From Thermoproteota archaeon (GTDB lineage: Archaea; Korarchaeota; Korarchaeia; Korarchaeales; Korarchaeaceae), in NCBI GenBank assembly GCA_026986575.1, contig JALSOH010000006.1, forward strand, positions 440,153-504,152: a stretch of DNA of 64,000 bases, read 5' to 3'. This document shows, one piece after another, positions 31,012-39,796 of this stretch (its first letter is position 1; each line of letters starts with the position of its first letter). Below the pieces are notes generated by a model, which saw nothing but the letters and a program-made list of their open reading frames with translations, was not told the DNA's origin and did not search any database. The translations under genes were made by a program, and so were the position numbers.

Positions 31012-31323
31012 CCTTCTTCCTCAATATCAGCGCTAACTCAAATTTAATTGTAAACTCTCCCATTTAGGTAGTGCCCTAATGAAATGTTAGCATGTTTGGG
31101 CTAGCCCAAACCAGCATTGTCATGTTAGGGCAGTTGCCCTAACTACCGGATGGAGCACGTATATGCTCAGTTTGGGTATTTACCCATAAAAGTTTATATT
31201 ATAGTTTGGGCATGCCCAAATTAGCATTTTCTTGCCATATGAAAACAATTTGATACTGTGGGCCTATCTTCCATTAAGGCACTGCCTTAATAAAACTTGA
31301 ACAATGCAAAGATCATCAATTTT

Positions 31324-31530
31324 TCAGATGCCTCGGTAAGCCTTCTCTCTAGACCCAATGAAGTGAACTACAATCCCCCTTCCAATCTATCGATTATATA
31401 ACCCTGATCTTCCCCATCTTATCCAGAATGAATCCCTGGTAACCTTTAAGCCTCCTCAAGTCTAGAGAGTGAGGGATCGAGTTATCCCCTAAGGTCCCCA
31501 ATATTTCGAGGACCTTTTCCTTGGTCGGGT
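31324..31530 (-). pseudogene. Degenerate second relE copy
   Basis: KEKVLEIL..L.DN.IP..DLRRLKGY...GKIRVI then a stop/frameshift, then IVVHFIGSREKAYRGI*, paralleling REKAYRDI* of the intact relE; downstream DNA is also duplicated. Confidence 0.8.
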
Positions 31531-31539
31531 TTGTCGGCT

Positions 31540-31950
31540 CCTCAAATGGTTTAAGAAGCCCCTCAATTACTACAAGGTCCAGCCCCTCCTCTTCTAACCT
31601 CTCGAAGTATTTCACATTCCCTTGACTAGAGGAAGATTCCGCTCAAGGGCAGAGGCTCCAACAATCAGATCCCTGAACTCCAATCGAAGTCCTAGCTTAC
31701 TCAATTTCACGTCCAAGAGTAGGGTCTTCTTGATTATTTCCTGATCGAGGGGAACGACCTCGTAGAGCGAGTCCAGAACCTCCTTCCACCTTTCCACATC
31801 CTTGTCTATGTACGCAAGACCGAACAGGTACTCGTACAGGGTGACCACAGGAATGCTCATGTAGTAGGATATGTGTGCGGCCTTCAGCACTCTTTCATCC
31901 TTATGCAGCTCTATGAGAGCATCAGTATCTAGTAGGACCTCTTCCACCAA
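31540..31950 (-). pseudogene. vapC: VapC (PIN) toxin with a 1-bp deletion near its 3' end
   Basis: VLLDTDALI, VTLYEY, FRDLIVGASAL...LPLV. One added base at ~31622 restores V(T)GNVKYFERL. Confidence 0.8.
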
Positions 31951-32171
31951 GTCTCCCTCCCCTCCCGGATTACCTTCCATATCTCCCTTGCTTCATCTTC
32001 GGTCAGTATCGTTGATCTCAGAATCCTCTCTATCAGATTCCTCTTTCTCTCTTCTATCAGGAGATTTATCAATTCATCGTAAGAATCCACCCCTAATTCC
32101 TCTTTTAGCCTCCTGAGCCTATCTATCGTCTTCCGAGATAATGTGAGGGTAGTTCTTCCTGATGAACTCAT
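31929..32171 (-). CDS. VapB-like antitoxin (ribbon-helix-helix)
   Basis: TTLTLSRKT..RL..LK...SYDELI..LI; overlaps the vapC start. Confidence 0.85.
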   Translation of the reverse strand: MSSSGRTTLTLSRKTIDRLRRLKEELGVDSYDELINLLIEERKRNLIERILRSTILTEDEAREIWKVIREGRETWWKRSY

Positions 32172-32270
32172 CACGCATAATGAATACATGGCGAATGTAT
32201 ACGTGCCAAGTGGTGGACTAAGGGCCCTCATCTGGAGGAGCGCCGACATGGCAGTTGAAAGGAACGCGAT

Positions 32271-32399
32271 CTACGGATCCACCGTTCTTGGACCCTCTAA
32301 AGGAAGATTAGCTACTTCACGGGTAAGGTACGTTATACTGCTATGCTCCAAGAAAATCTTCACAGCGACTAATGGCTGCCCCTTCCTTCTCAATGACAT
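32271..32399 (-). pseudogene. Possible tyrosine-recombinase C-terminal remnant
   Basis: MSLRRKGQPLVAVKIFLEHSSITYL resembles box II G..L..V..LLGHSSI.TT..Y; a GAG to GGG change would restore LGH. Confidence 0.3.
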
Positions 32400-32492
32400 T
32401 CTTCTTTGTATCTCCGATCTTACCTAACGGGATCACATGACAAATTAAACCTTCATTAAAACATTTATGTGGCTCTCCGTCACATATACCCT

Positions 32493-33230
32493 ATGAAATA
32501 CACTGCCTCTACCTTCTATTACCACGTTAAGGGATTGAGCGAGTATTTCGACCTGTTCATAGAGAAGCTCTTCAATCAACTTGCGCTAAATGGAACGGCC
32601 ATAACCGATAAGTCAACTGAAGGTGAATTGGTTAGAGTTTCCGTGAAATACAAGGATGAGAAGGGCAAGCTAGCTGCATCCCCCGTGGGAGACGACATAA
32701 AGATACTTTACGAGGTGGAGAGCGGCGGTATACTGAGGAAGGGAGTGTTCGGCGCTCTGATGGGCGGAGGCTTGGCCAGCTTGGCCAGTAGCCTCCTCGC
32801 TGGGGATGTGGACAGCATCAAGAGCGCCTTAGCTGGGGCGGTCGTGGGAGGAGCTTATGGGATGTTAGACGGCTTCAACACCGCTATGAATGAAGCCACT
32901 GACTTCTCACGTCTTCTCGCAGAATGTATCAGAAATGTGGAGCTTGAACTCCTCGAGATGAGGAGGCAGGAGGAGGTGGAGGTTGAGTCCCTAGAGGACG
33001 AACTTGAGAATGTGTATGCAGACACTGTATCCGTGGGCGATGAGATCCTCCTGTTGGAGGCGGAGGGAAAGGACGTCTCCAAAGCCAAGGCGAGGTATGA
33101 GATCGCCCTGAAGAACTTGGAGGAGGCCAGAGAATCCTTGAAGAAGAGAGACATCTTGATCGCTAGGGCAAAGATCCGATCAGCCTCCAGAATGGTCGAA
33201 TTGGCAAGAGAGGAGCTCCAGAAGCTTTAA
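32493..33230 (+). CDS. Hypothetical protein with glycine-zipper hydrophobic hairpin and C-terminal coiled coil
   Basis: GVFGALMGGGLASLA...ALAGAVVGGAYG followed by about 100 aa of E/K/R-rich helices. Confidence 0.8.
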   Translation: MKYTASTFYYHVKGLSEYFDLFIEKLFNQLALNGTAITDKSTEGELVRVSVKYKDEKGKLAASPVGDDIKILYEVESGGILRKGVFGALMGGGLASLASSLLAGDVDSIKSALAGAVVGGAYGMLDGFNTAMNEATDFSRLLAECIRNVELELLEMRRQEEVEVESLEDELENVYADTVSVGDEILLLEAEGKDVSKAKARYEIALKNLEEARESLKKRDILIARAKIRSASRMVELAREELQKL

Positions 33231-33288
33231 TAAGCGCGCAATACATCCTTCCCCCTCAGCTTATCTCTCCCTACCGTGGTTAGCAGCG

Positions 33289-33534
33289 ATGGCCATACGA
33301 ATGGATGATGTGATCTCGCTCTTGGGTCCCTTCGGTGAGGTCCTCCGGGTGAAGGAGTCCGACGCCTTCCTACCAGGGACTGGCCCTTCAGATTGCTTAG
33401 AGGTCCTGATAAGGCTGAATAGGGGGATCGAGATCTCTAGACTACTATCCACGCTGGAATCCGTGGGATACTCGATCGGGCTAGTCAAGCTCAGGGGAAG
33501 GAGGCTGAAGTTCGTCCTCTTTGAGAGCAGCTGA
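33289..33534 (+). CDS. Hypothetical protein
   Basis: 81-aa ORF with host-like codon use, co-oriented with its neighbours. Confidence 0.55.
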   Translation: MAIRMDDVISLLGPFGEVLRVKESDAFLPGTGPSDCLEVLIRLNRGIEISRLLSTLESVGYSIGLVKLRGRRLKFVLFESS

Positions 33535-33600
33535 TATGATCCGGATCTCAAACGAAGGGTACGTTAAAATCACTGACCCTCATCGAGGCGCGGTGACAGG

Positions 33601-34929
33601 ATGAGGGCAGTTGTCATAGGTGGCGGTCCCGCTGGCATGGCTGCGGCCAGTAGGATCAGGAAGCACAGGCCTGATAGCGAGATAATAGTCATAGAGAAGA
33701 CCAAGTACGTGAGCTTCGCTCTCTGCGGTATACCTTATTACGTCGGTGGGGTCATAAAGTCGCTAGACGATCTCATGTACTACCCTCCGAGCTTCTTCGT
33801 CGAGAAGAGGAGGATCAATCTGGAATTGGAGGCCGTTGCCGAGAGGATCCTCCCGGCTGAGAGGAAGGTGGTTTACAGGAAGGGGGATGAAGTGAGGGAA
33901 CTGGAATACGATGTCCTGATCGTCGCCACGGGTGCCAGATCCAAGTCGCCCCCCATACCGGGTCTAGACAACGAAGGTGTTCTCTCAGCCCATCACTTGG
34001 ATGAGGGGGAGGAGATAAGGAGGAGGGTCCTCAAGTCGAGGAGAGTGGCTATTATAGGGGCCGGGCTAAACGGCATGGAGTTCGCGGAGAACATAGCGAG
34101 GCTGGGAAAGGAGGTTCACGTCTTCGAGTACTTCGGATGGCCCCTGCCAAAGGGACTGGATGAGGACATGGGGGAGGTAATGAAGGAGCTTCTCTCCTCA
34201 ATCGAAGTCAAATTCCATTTCGGAACTCCAGTGAGGGAGGTGAGGCGGTCAGGAGAGGCCCTGAGGGTTGAGGCTGGAGACTCCTCCATGGATGTCGATT
34301 TGGTGCTCGTCTTCGCTGGCGTTGAGCCTAACGTCGAACTACTCAAGGAGGCGGGAGCGGAAGTGGGTGAGACCGGGGCCATCAAGGTGGACTCCAAGAT
34401 GAAGACCAACTTGCAGGATGTCTATGCCGCTGGCGATAACGTAGAAGCAATAAACAGGGTGACAGGGAGGCCCGACTGGATGCCTTTCGCCCAGATAGCC
34501 AACAAGATGGGGCTGGTTGCTGGCTCCAACGCTGCTGGGAAGGATACCGAGTTCCCAGGAGCGGTGAGAACTTGGACGGCTGAGGTATTTGGGATAGAGG
34601 TGGCTGGCACGGGCCTCACCGAGAGGGAGGCTAGGGAGAAGGGCTTCGATGTGAAGGGGGTGGTGATAAAGGGTAGGAACAAGGCCCATTACATGCCGGG
34701 ATCCGGCTACCTTTGGGTGAAGCTCGTGGTTAGCGAGGATGGTATAGTGATGGGCGTCCAAGCCATAGGTAAAGGAGCGTTGGCTAGGGTGAACGTAGCT
34801 GCCACTCTCCTCCCGTATAAGCCCAAGAGCAGGGACCTCATATTTGCTGATGTGGGTTACGCTCCACCGCTCGCTCCAGTGTGGGACCCGATTGTCGTGG
34901 CTGGGAGAAAAATAGATCCTGTGTTGTGA
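33601..34929 (+). CDS. CoA-disulfide reductase / NADH oxidase family flavoprotein
   Basis: IGGGPAG, SFALCGIPY (redox Cys), IGAGLNG.E, YAAGD, YAPP..PVWDP. Confidence 0.92.
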   Translation: MRAVVIGGGPAGMAAASRIRKHRPDSEIIVIEKTKYVSFALCGIPYYVGGVIKSLDDLMYYPPSFFVEKRRINLELEAVAERILPAERKVVYRKGDEVRELEYDVLIVATGARSKSPPIPGLDNEGVLSAHHLDEGEEIRRRVLKSRRVAIIGAGLNGMEFAENIARLGKEVHVFEYFGWPLPKGLDEDMGEVMKELLSSIEVKFHFGTPVREVRRSGEALRVEAGDSSMDVDLVLVFAGVEPNVELLKEAGAEVGETGAIKVDSKMKTNLQDVYAAGDNVEAINRVTGRPDWMPFAQIANKMGLVAGSNAAGKDTEFPGAVRTWTAEVFGIEVAGTGLTEREAREKGFDVKGVVIKGRNKAHYMPGSGYLWVKLVVSEDGIVMGVQAIGKGALARVNVAATLLPYKPKSRDLIFADVGYAPPLAPVWDPIVVAGRKIDPVL

Positions 34930-35307
34930 TCAGACCAGCCCCTCCTCGCCCGATTTTTCACCTCTGGGAGGCCTATAAGTCCCAGAGAGGTAGGCGTCGA
35001 GTATCTCCCTGACCGTCCTGCCCGTGGCGAACACGGCCCTTATCCCCCAAGAGGTGAGGCTCCTGAGCACGTCCTCCGGGAGGGATATGGAGATGAGGAC
35101 CGTCACCCCCATGTGCTTGAGCCATGACGCCAAGCTGGGCCCCCTGTAAGTGAGGAGTCCCGAGGCGGGATTCCTTATCACCTCGACTTTCTTTATCTCG
35201 GAATCCTCCACCGTCACTATCGTGAAGAATGGGGCGTAAGAGGGCTGTCCAAAGGCTATGGCGTTTAATCCCTCAGGACCCTTCGCGGGAACCGCTATCT
35301 TCTCCAA
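34930..35307 (-). CDS. NifB/NifX-family (FeMo-co binding-like) protein
   Basis: KIAVP...APFFTIV...NP...GP..A..L...GV. Confidence 0.8.
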   Translation of the reverse strand: MEKIAVPAKGPEGLNAIAFGQPSYAPFFTIVTVEDSEIKKVEVIRNPASGLLTYRGPSLASWLKHMGVTVLISISLPEDVLRSLTSWGIRAVFATGRTVREILDAYLSGTYRPPRGEKSGEEGLV

Positions 35308-35351
35308 CCCCTCACCCGCCTATACTGCCGATCCCAAAATATAAGGGGGTA

Positions 35352-36296
35352 TCAGCCGGAGATCCTCTTGAGCTCCTCCAGCTTCATCAGCCTCTCCTTC
35401 AGCCTCGGGTGAGTGGAGAACAGGGACATTATCCTCTCGAAGAAGCTCTCCTCCCTCCCCATGATCGATCTGAGGTCCTCGTCGAGCTCCCTCTGCGTGG
35501 GATCAGTTATCATGAGTGCTTTAGCGCTGGCTAGCTGGGCACCCAGCTTAGGATCGGTGTTCTTGGCTATCTTCACTAGAGCGCGCTGGAGTTTCTCTGC
35601 GCCCCTCTTGACGGTAAGCGCCGAGTGGGCGTCTGCGTAGAACTCCCTCAGCCTGCTGAGCCTCAGGGCCAGGAGGTACAGGAGCCACCCGATCACGGTG
35701 AGCGCCACCCCTAGGAGGTAGAGGGATCCGACATTGTCCCTGTCCCTCGAACCCCCGTACCCGAACATCGATCCCCAGATGAACCATCTGCCTATCTGCA
35801 GGAATATCGCAGGGAGGGCGGTAGCGATCATCATCACATGCATGTCTCCGTGCTTTATGTGTCCTATCTCGTGGCCCAGTACCGCCTCTACCTCCTCCTC
35901 GTCCAGTATGTTGAGGAGCCCCTCAGTGACGGCCACGCCGTAACCGAAGACCGGACTCCCGAAGGCGAAGGCGTTAGGTACCTCGGTGGGCGCGATAAAT
36001 ACCTGAGGCATCCTTTTTAGACCGCTCTCCACTGCAAGCATCTCCACTATGGAGTATAGCCATGGCATCTCCTCTCTTCTCACAGGTTTGAGCCTGTACA
36101 TAGTCCTTATTAGGTAAGGGGATATGAGCCACATGAAGAAGTTGAACAGCAATGCTAGCACTACTCCTCCGACCAGACCGACACTAGGACCAAGTAAGTA
36201 GATGAAAACGAACCCTGAGACCGCTATTATGAGCGAAAGGGTCAGCACCATATCTACTCTGAGTCCTAGAAGGGTCATACTCCTCCTTGCACTCAT
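35352..36296 (-). CDS. htpX: Zinc metalloprotease HtpX
   Basis: PNAFAFG, VAVTEGL, HEIGH, SRLREFYAD, FSTHP. Confidence 0.95.
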   Translation of the reverse strand: MSARRSMTLLGLRVDMVLTLSLIIAVSGFVFIYLLGPSVGLVGGVVLALLFNFFMWLISPYLIRTMYRLKPVRREEMPWLYSIVEMLAVESGLKRMPQVFIAPTEVPNAFAFGSPVFGYGVAVTEGLLNILDEEEVEAVLGHEIGHIKHGDMHVMMIATALPAIFLQIGRWFIWGSMFGYGGSRDRDNVGSLYLLGVALTVIGWLLYLLALRLSRLREFYADAHSALTVKRGAEKLQRALVKIAKNTDPKLGAQLASAKALMITDPTQRELDEDLRSIMGREESFFERIMSLFSTHPRLKERLMKLEELKRISG

Positions 36297-36569
36297 ATAT
36301 TTCCCCTCAGATTGGAGGATAACTGGCTTAATAAGTCTGCACGAGCCGGACTGCGCAGCTGTTTAGCGTTAGAGATCTCGCGAGGAGGCCTCCTTTCCTA
36401 ACGATTCACTTCCTTTTTTCGGAGTATCTTGATAATAAAGAATAAATACGTAAATTATCAAAAGTATTATTATGATAATTAAGGGATCGAACGTCGCATA
36501 TTATGGGTCTTACGATCTCCCTAAATAAATTTTTAATATAGCAAATATCTAAGGATCCGGGTGATATGA

Positions 36570-37250
36570 ATGCAGGTGCTTCAGGTTTACCTCGCTGAGC
36601 TGATCAGGTACATTGTCGAGATGACTCCCAAGCTGCTAGGCGCTATAGTGATCCTAGTGATAGGGTGGGCCGCTGGCAGGGCCTTCGGGAAGGCGGTCAG
36701 CTACGTCCTCGACAAGATAGGCGTTGACGATGCCATAAGGTCCACCTCGGTGGGTAAGGCCATCGAGGAGAAGACCCACGTTAGCATCGCTACGATCTTC
36801 GACATCATCGCTAGGTGGTTCGTCTACCTACTGGCCATAGCTGCAGCTTCCGACACCCTAGGTATAAGAGCGCTCACCGAGATAGTGGCTTGGATACAGG
36901 GCTACCTGCCTCACTTGGCCGCGGGCATTGCCATAATAATAGTGGGCCTCGTGGCGGGTGACTTCCTCGGGGATCTCATCATAGATGTGAGCAAGAAGCA
37001 GGGGGTGGAGTGGGCCGAGATAATAGGGAACCTCTTCAAGTTCATGATATACTTCGTGGTGCTGCTCATAGGCCTAAGGCAGATGATGATAGATGTGACC
37101 CTGCTGGAGGAGATAGTCAGGTACTTGGTGCTCGGCGCGGCGATAGGTTCAGCGGTCGGCATCGGCGTCGCTGTGGGCTGGGGTCTCAAGGACGTCGTGA
37201 AGAAGTATGCGGAGGAGAAGTACGAGGAGTACCAGAAGAAGGAGAAGTGA
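36570..37250 (+). CDS. Mechanosensitive-channel TM-helix repeat protein (CmpX-like)
   Basis: Two P.L..A..I...G repeats and AVGWGLKD. Confidence 0.8.
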   Translation: MQVLQVYLAELIRYIVEMTPKLLGAIVILVIGWAAGRAFGKAVSYVLDKIGVDDAIRSTSVGKAIEEKTHVSIATIFDIIARWFVYLLAIAAASDTLGIRALTEIVAWIQGYLPHLAAGIAIIIVGLVAGDFLGDLIIDVSKKQGVEWAEIIGNLFKFMIYFVVLLIGLRQMMIDVTLLEEIVRYLVLGAAIGSAVGIGVAVGWGLKDVVKKYAEEKYEEYQKKEK

Positions 37251-37277
37251 GGGACTCTATCCCCACTCTTTATTTGA

Positions 37278-37562
37278 TCACCTCATTATCCTGAAGTCGT
37301 CGAATTCTCCCCTGTAATCCTCCCACCGCACCTCCACCCTCCGCACCCTCGCAAGGGGCGGACCTTGATGGGCCCACTCAACTATCCTCTCCACTTTTTC
37401 CCTCTCTCCCTCGACAACAGCCTCGACGCTCCCATCTGGTAAGTTCCTCACCCATCCCTTTACTCCAAGCTCCCTCGCAACATCCCTCATGGTCGATCTG
37501 AAGAAGACCCCCTGAACCCTCCCATATATACGGAGGTGCGCTCTAGCCATCTGGCTGGGCAT
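37278..37562 (-). CDS. acyP: Acylphosphatase
   Basis: [28 protein letters not shown]. Confidence 0.96.
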   Translation of the reverse strand: MPSQMARAHLRIYGRVQGVFFRSTMRDVARELGVKGWVRNLPDGSVEAVVEGEREKVERIVEWAHQGPPLARVRRVEVRWEDYRGEFDDFRIMR

Positions 37563-37583
37563 CGAGGGTCTAGGTGGTAATTT

Positions 37584-37949
37584 CTAAAATTCGTTGCCCT
37601 CGTAGAACCCAACAATCTTATCAATCAGGGCCTTCAATCCTCTCAGTTCGGCCATCCCAGCGGCTAAAAATTGCTCTCCAGCTGGAGTCAGCCTGTAAAT
37701 CTTCTTTCCCCTGGGATCAGAGGGCATGGGTGTGGAGATAACAAGGCCTGATGCTTCCAGCCTCCCCAAAGTAACGTAAATGAATCCAGGAGGCATGGGA
37801 ATGCCTGTTATCTCCTCTATCTTCCTCTTCATCTCGTATCCGTGATGGTAACCCCTGCGTATCATGAGAAGCACCAGCAGGGGGTAGAGCCCTGATATTC
37901 CAAGGCCCGGGCCCCCTGCACCTAGGCCCCTTCTCCACCTCTTTCTCAT
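37584..37949 (-). CDS. PadR-family transcriptional regulator
   Basis: HGYEM, PG.IY..L.RLE..GL, KKIYRLTPAG. Confidence 0.92.
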   Translation of the reverse strand: MRKRWRRGLGAGGPGLGISGLYPLLVLLMIRRGYHHGYEMKRKIEEITGIPMPPGFIYVTLGRLEASGLVISTPMPSDPRGKKIYRLTPAGEQFLAAGMAELRGLKALIDKIVGFYEGNEF

Positions 37950-38016
37950 CTCCTCTCAGGGCTCCTAGAAGGTTACATTTTTATAGGTTACTATGTTATC
38001 TATGGTGGTGATATAT

Positions 38017-38460
38017 ATGGCGTGGTGGTACGGCTACGGCTGGTGGGGCCCTGGCTGGGGCTGGAGGAGAGGCTGGGGCAGAGGATGGGGATGGAGGAGA
38101 GGAGGCTTCGGATGGGGAGGCTGGGGATGGGGTAGAGGATGGGCTTGGTGGGTGGCTCCGCAGGTCATCTCCGCTGCGGCCTCTAGGGGATACACTTACA
38201 TCGGACCCTGCAGGAGCGGCATTGGACCATGGGCATTCTACCTCTCACCCAGCGGTCAGGTGGTCCACGCTTGGCAGATCTTCGGATCCGGGATACCGTT
38301 CCCAGCTTGGCCATGGACCTATCCGGCCACTACGACACAGCAATCCGTCACCGCTCCCGTTAGTGAGAAGGAGCAGCTGGAGAGGGAGAGGGAGTACCTG
38401 AGGCGGGAGCTACAAGAGATAGAGAGAAGGCTCAAGGAACTGGAAGGTGGTGAACAGTGA
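38017..38460 (+). CDS. Trp/Gly/Arg-rich protein with DUF5320-like C-terminal coiled coil
   Basis: WWYGYGWWGPGWGWRRGWGRGWGWRRGG..., YIGPCRSG.GP, EKEQLEREREYLRRELQEIERRLKEL; GGTGA RBS before ATG 38017. Confidence 0.85.
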   Translation: MAWWYGYGWWGPGWGWRRGWGRGWGWRRGGFGWGGWGWGRGWAWWVAPQVISAAASRGYTYIGPCRSGIGPWAFYLSPSGQVVHAWQIFGSGIPFPAWPWTYPATTTQQSVTAPVSEKEQLEREREYLRRELQEIERRLKELEGGEQ

Positions 38461-38918
38461 GAATAGCCGTTCCGGTGGACACCTCTGAGGGGCTGAGGTC
38501 TAGAGTCTCCTTCCTCTTCGGGAGGGCCCCCTACATAGCCATAGTGGAGAAGACTGAGGAGGGAGTGAAGGAGGTAAGTGTCGAGAGCAATCCCTACGCT
38601 CAGCTCCCTGGAGGCGCCGGACCAGCACTAGCTAACCTCCTGCGGGAAAGAGGAGTCAGCATCGTGCTGGCCAGTGATGTGGGACCCAATGCGGCCGCTA
38701 CCCTGGCCAGTGCTGGGATCAGCTGGATACCGGTCCCGGCAGGAGTTACCGTTGAGGAGGCCTTGGGATTCTTGACCTCTCAACCACAGATCTCCCCACC
38801 AGCACCACCTGCGTATCCCTTTTCAAGCAAAGAAGAGGAGATCAGGTGGCTGAAGGAGAGAAAGAAGTGGATAGAAAAGAGGCTAAGGGAGATAGAGGAG
38901 GCACTCAGCAGATCCTGA
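38457..38918 (+). CDS. NifB/NifX-family protein with C-terminal coiled coil
   Basis: RIAVP, FGRAPY, NP..GGAG, VGPNA; GTGA overlap with the upstream gene. Confidence 0.9.
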   Translation: MRIAVPVDTSEGLRSRVSFLFGRAPYIAIVEKTEEGVKEVSVESNPYAQLPGGAGPALANLLRERGVSIVLASDVGPNAAATLASAGISWIPVPAGVTVEEALGFLTSQPQISPPAPPAYPFSSKEEEIRWLKERKKWIEKRLREIEEALSRS

Positions 38919-38946
38919 TCTCAACTCCTCCTTTTTCGATAGCCTC

Positions 38947-39705
38947 TCAGCTTAAACCCTCACCCTCTTCCTTCTTACTCGTAATACCACTCTTAAGAGC
39001 CTCTAGGCTGTTCTTACTGTACGTATAGATTAGTACAGTGGCCACTATTCCCAGAATCGTTCCTACTACTCCTAAATTAGGGATCAAGTCCAAGATAACT
39101 CCAGCTATGTACAGAATCCCAGCCCATTTGAAGCCAGGGTCCAAGCCCTCCACCTCAGCGAGCCTCATGATCATTATACCGAAGAGAACGCTCCCTATGA
39201 TTATTAACACGGCGGCAATTATGATCAGGCCTACTAGCGCGAAAATAGCTCCGAGTACGCCCCCTAGAGCCTGAGGTCCCATCGACGCACCAGCCCCAGC
39301 CAACGAGGCTATGAGGATCAATACACCGATGATTACCACTCCTAGGCCTGCAAGGGAAATGAGTATACCAGTCCTCCCTATGCCCAGTCTGGAGGGATCG
39401 TATTCCTTCAGGTGACCGGTGGCTTTGTAGAATTTGTAGAAGGCTAAGATCGCTAGGACCAATACTGCAATTCCCGCAACCACTATCAGGGTCAGTGCGC
39501 CTAGGAGCGCAGCCATGCTCCTCACAGGAAACGCCTTGGGACCGGCCATTCCAGGAGTCATGAGGCTTGGCATCATGGACATGGCTATGAGCATGACTAC
39601 GAACGAGAGCGCATACGCAATGAGACTGAACAGTGCCCCGGTCTTGAGGTCAGATAATCCATTAACTAGGGACTCGTTGACAGGGTAATCGAACGACATA
39701 AACAC
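38947..39705 (-). CDS. DUF996/DUF973-like membrane protein
   Basis: Six TM segments; GL..LK.G, F..A..HL..YD...GIG..G, F..AGILYI.G. Confidence 0.75.
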   Translation of the reverse strand: MFMSFDYPVNESLVNGLSDLKTGALFSLIAYALSFVVMLIAMSMMPSLMTPGMAGPKAFPVRSMAALLGALTLIVVAGIAVLVLAILAFYKFYKATGHLKEYDPSRLGIGRTGILISLAGLGVVIIGVLILIASLAGAGASMGPQALGGVLGAIFALVGLIIIAAVLIIIGSVLFGIMIMRLAEVEGLDPGFKWAGILYIAGVILDLIPNLGVVGTILGIVATVLIYTYSKNSLEALKSGITSKKEEGEGLS

Positions 39706-39796
39706 CCCGTTTATGGTACGGACAATGCATTTATCCGTTGCTCCCTAGGCCGGGAGACATGTTTATGGTTTTCATTCAACGGGGAACCTCGGTGAT

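Larger units (their letters stand above)
30482..31303. repeat. Three 32-bp imperfect direct repeats and seven related palindromes
   Basis: 30482-30513 CAATTGGGTACTGGCCTAATGAAATATTAGCA; 31061-31092 CATTTAGGTAGTGCCCTAATGAAATGTTAGCA (27/32 identical); 31272-31303 CATTAAGGCACTGCCTTAATAAAACTTGAACA. Further palindromes at 31094-31111, 31124-31143, 31170-31189 and 31204-31221. Confidence 0.85.

Noticed and set aside
31030-31143. Canonical integron attC site, telomere-like TTAGGG/CCCTAA, or ORB-type replication origin
   Set aside because: GCTAAC...GTTAGC ends exist but the interior does not pair as an attC stem; TTAGGG is not tandem; there is no ORB consensus or cdc6 gene.
31394-31615. 73-aa ORF as an independent gene
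   Set aside because: It is the frameshifted VapC tail fused to an internal relE fragment.
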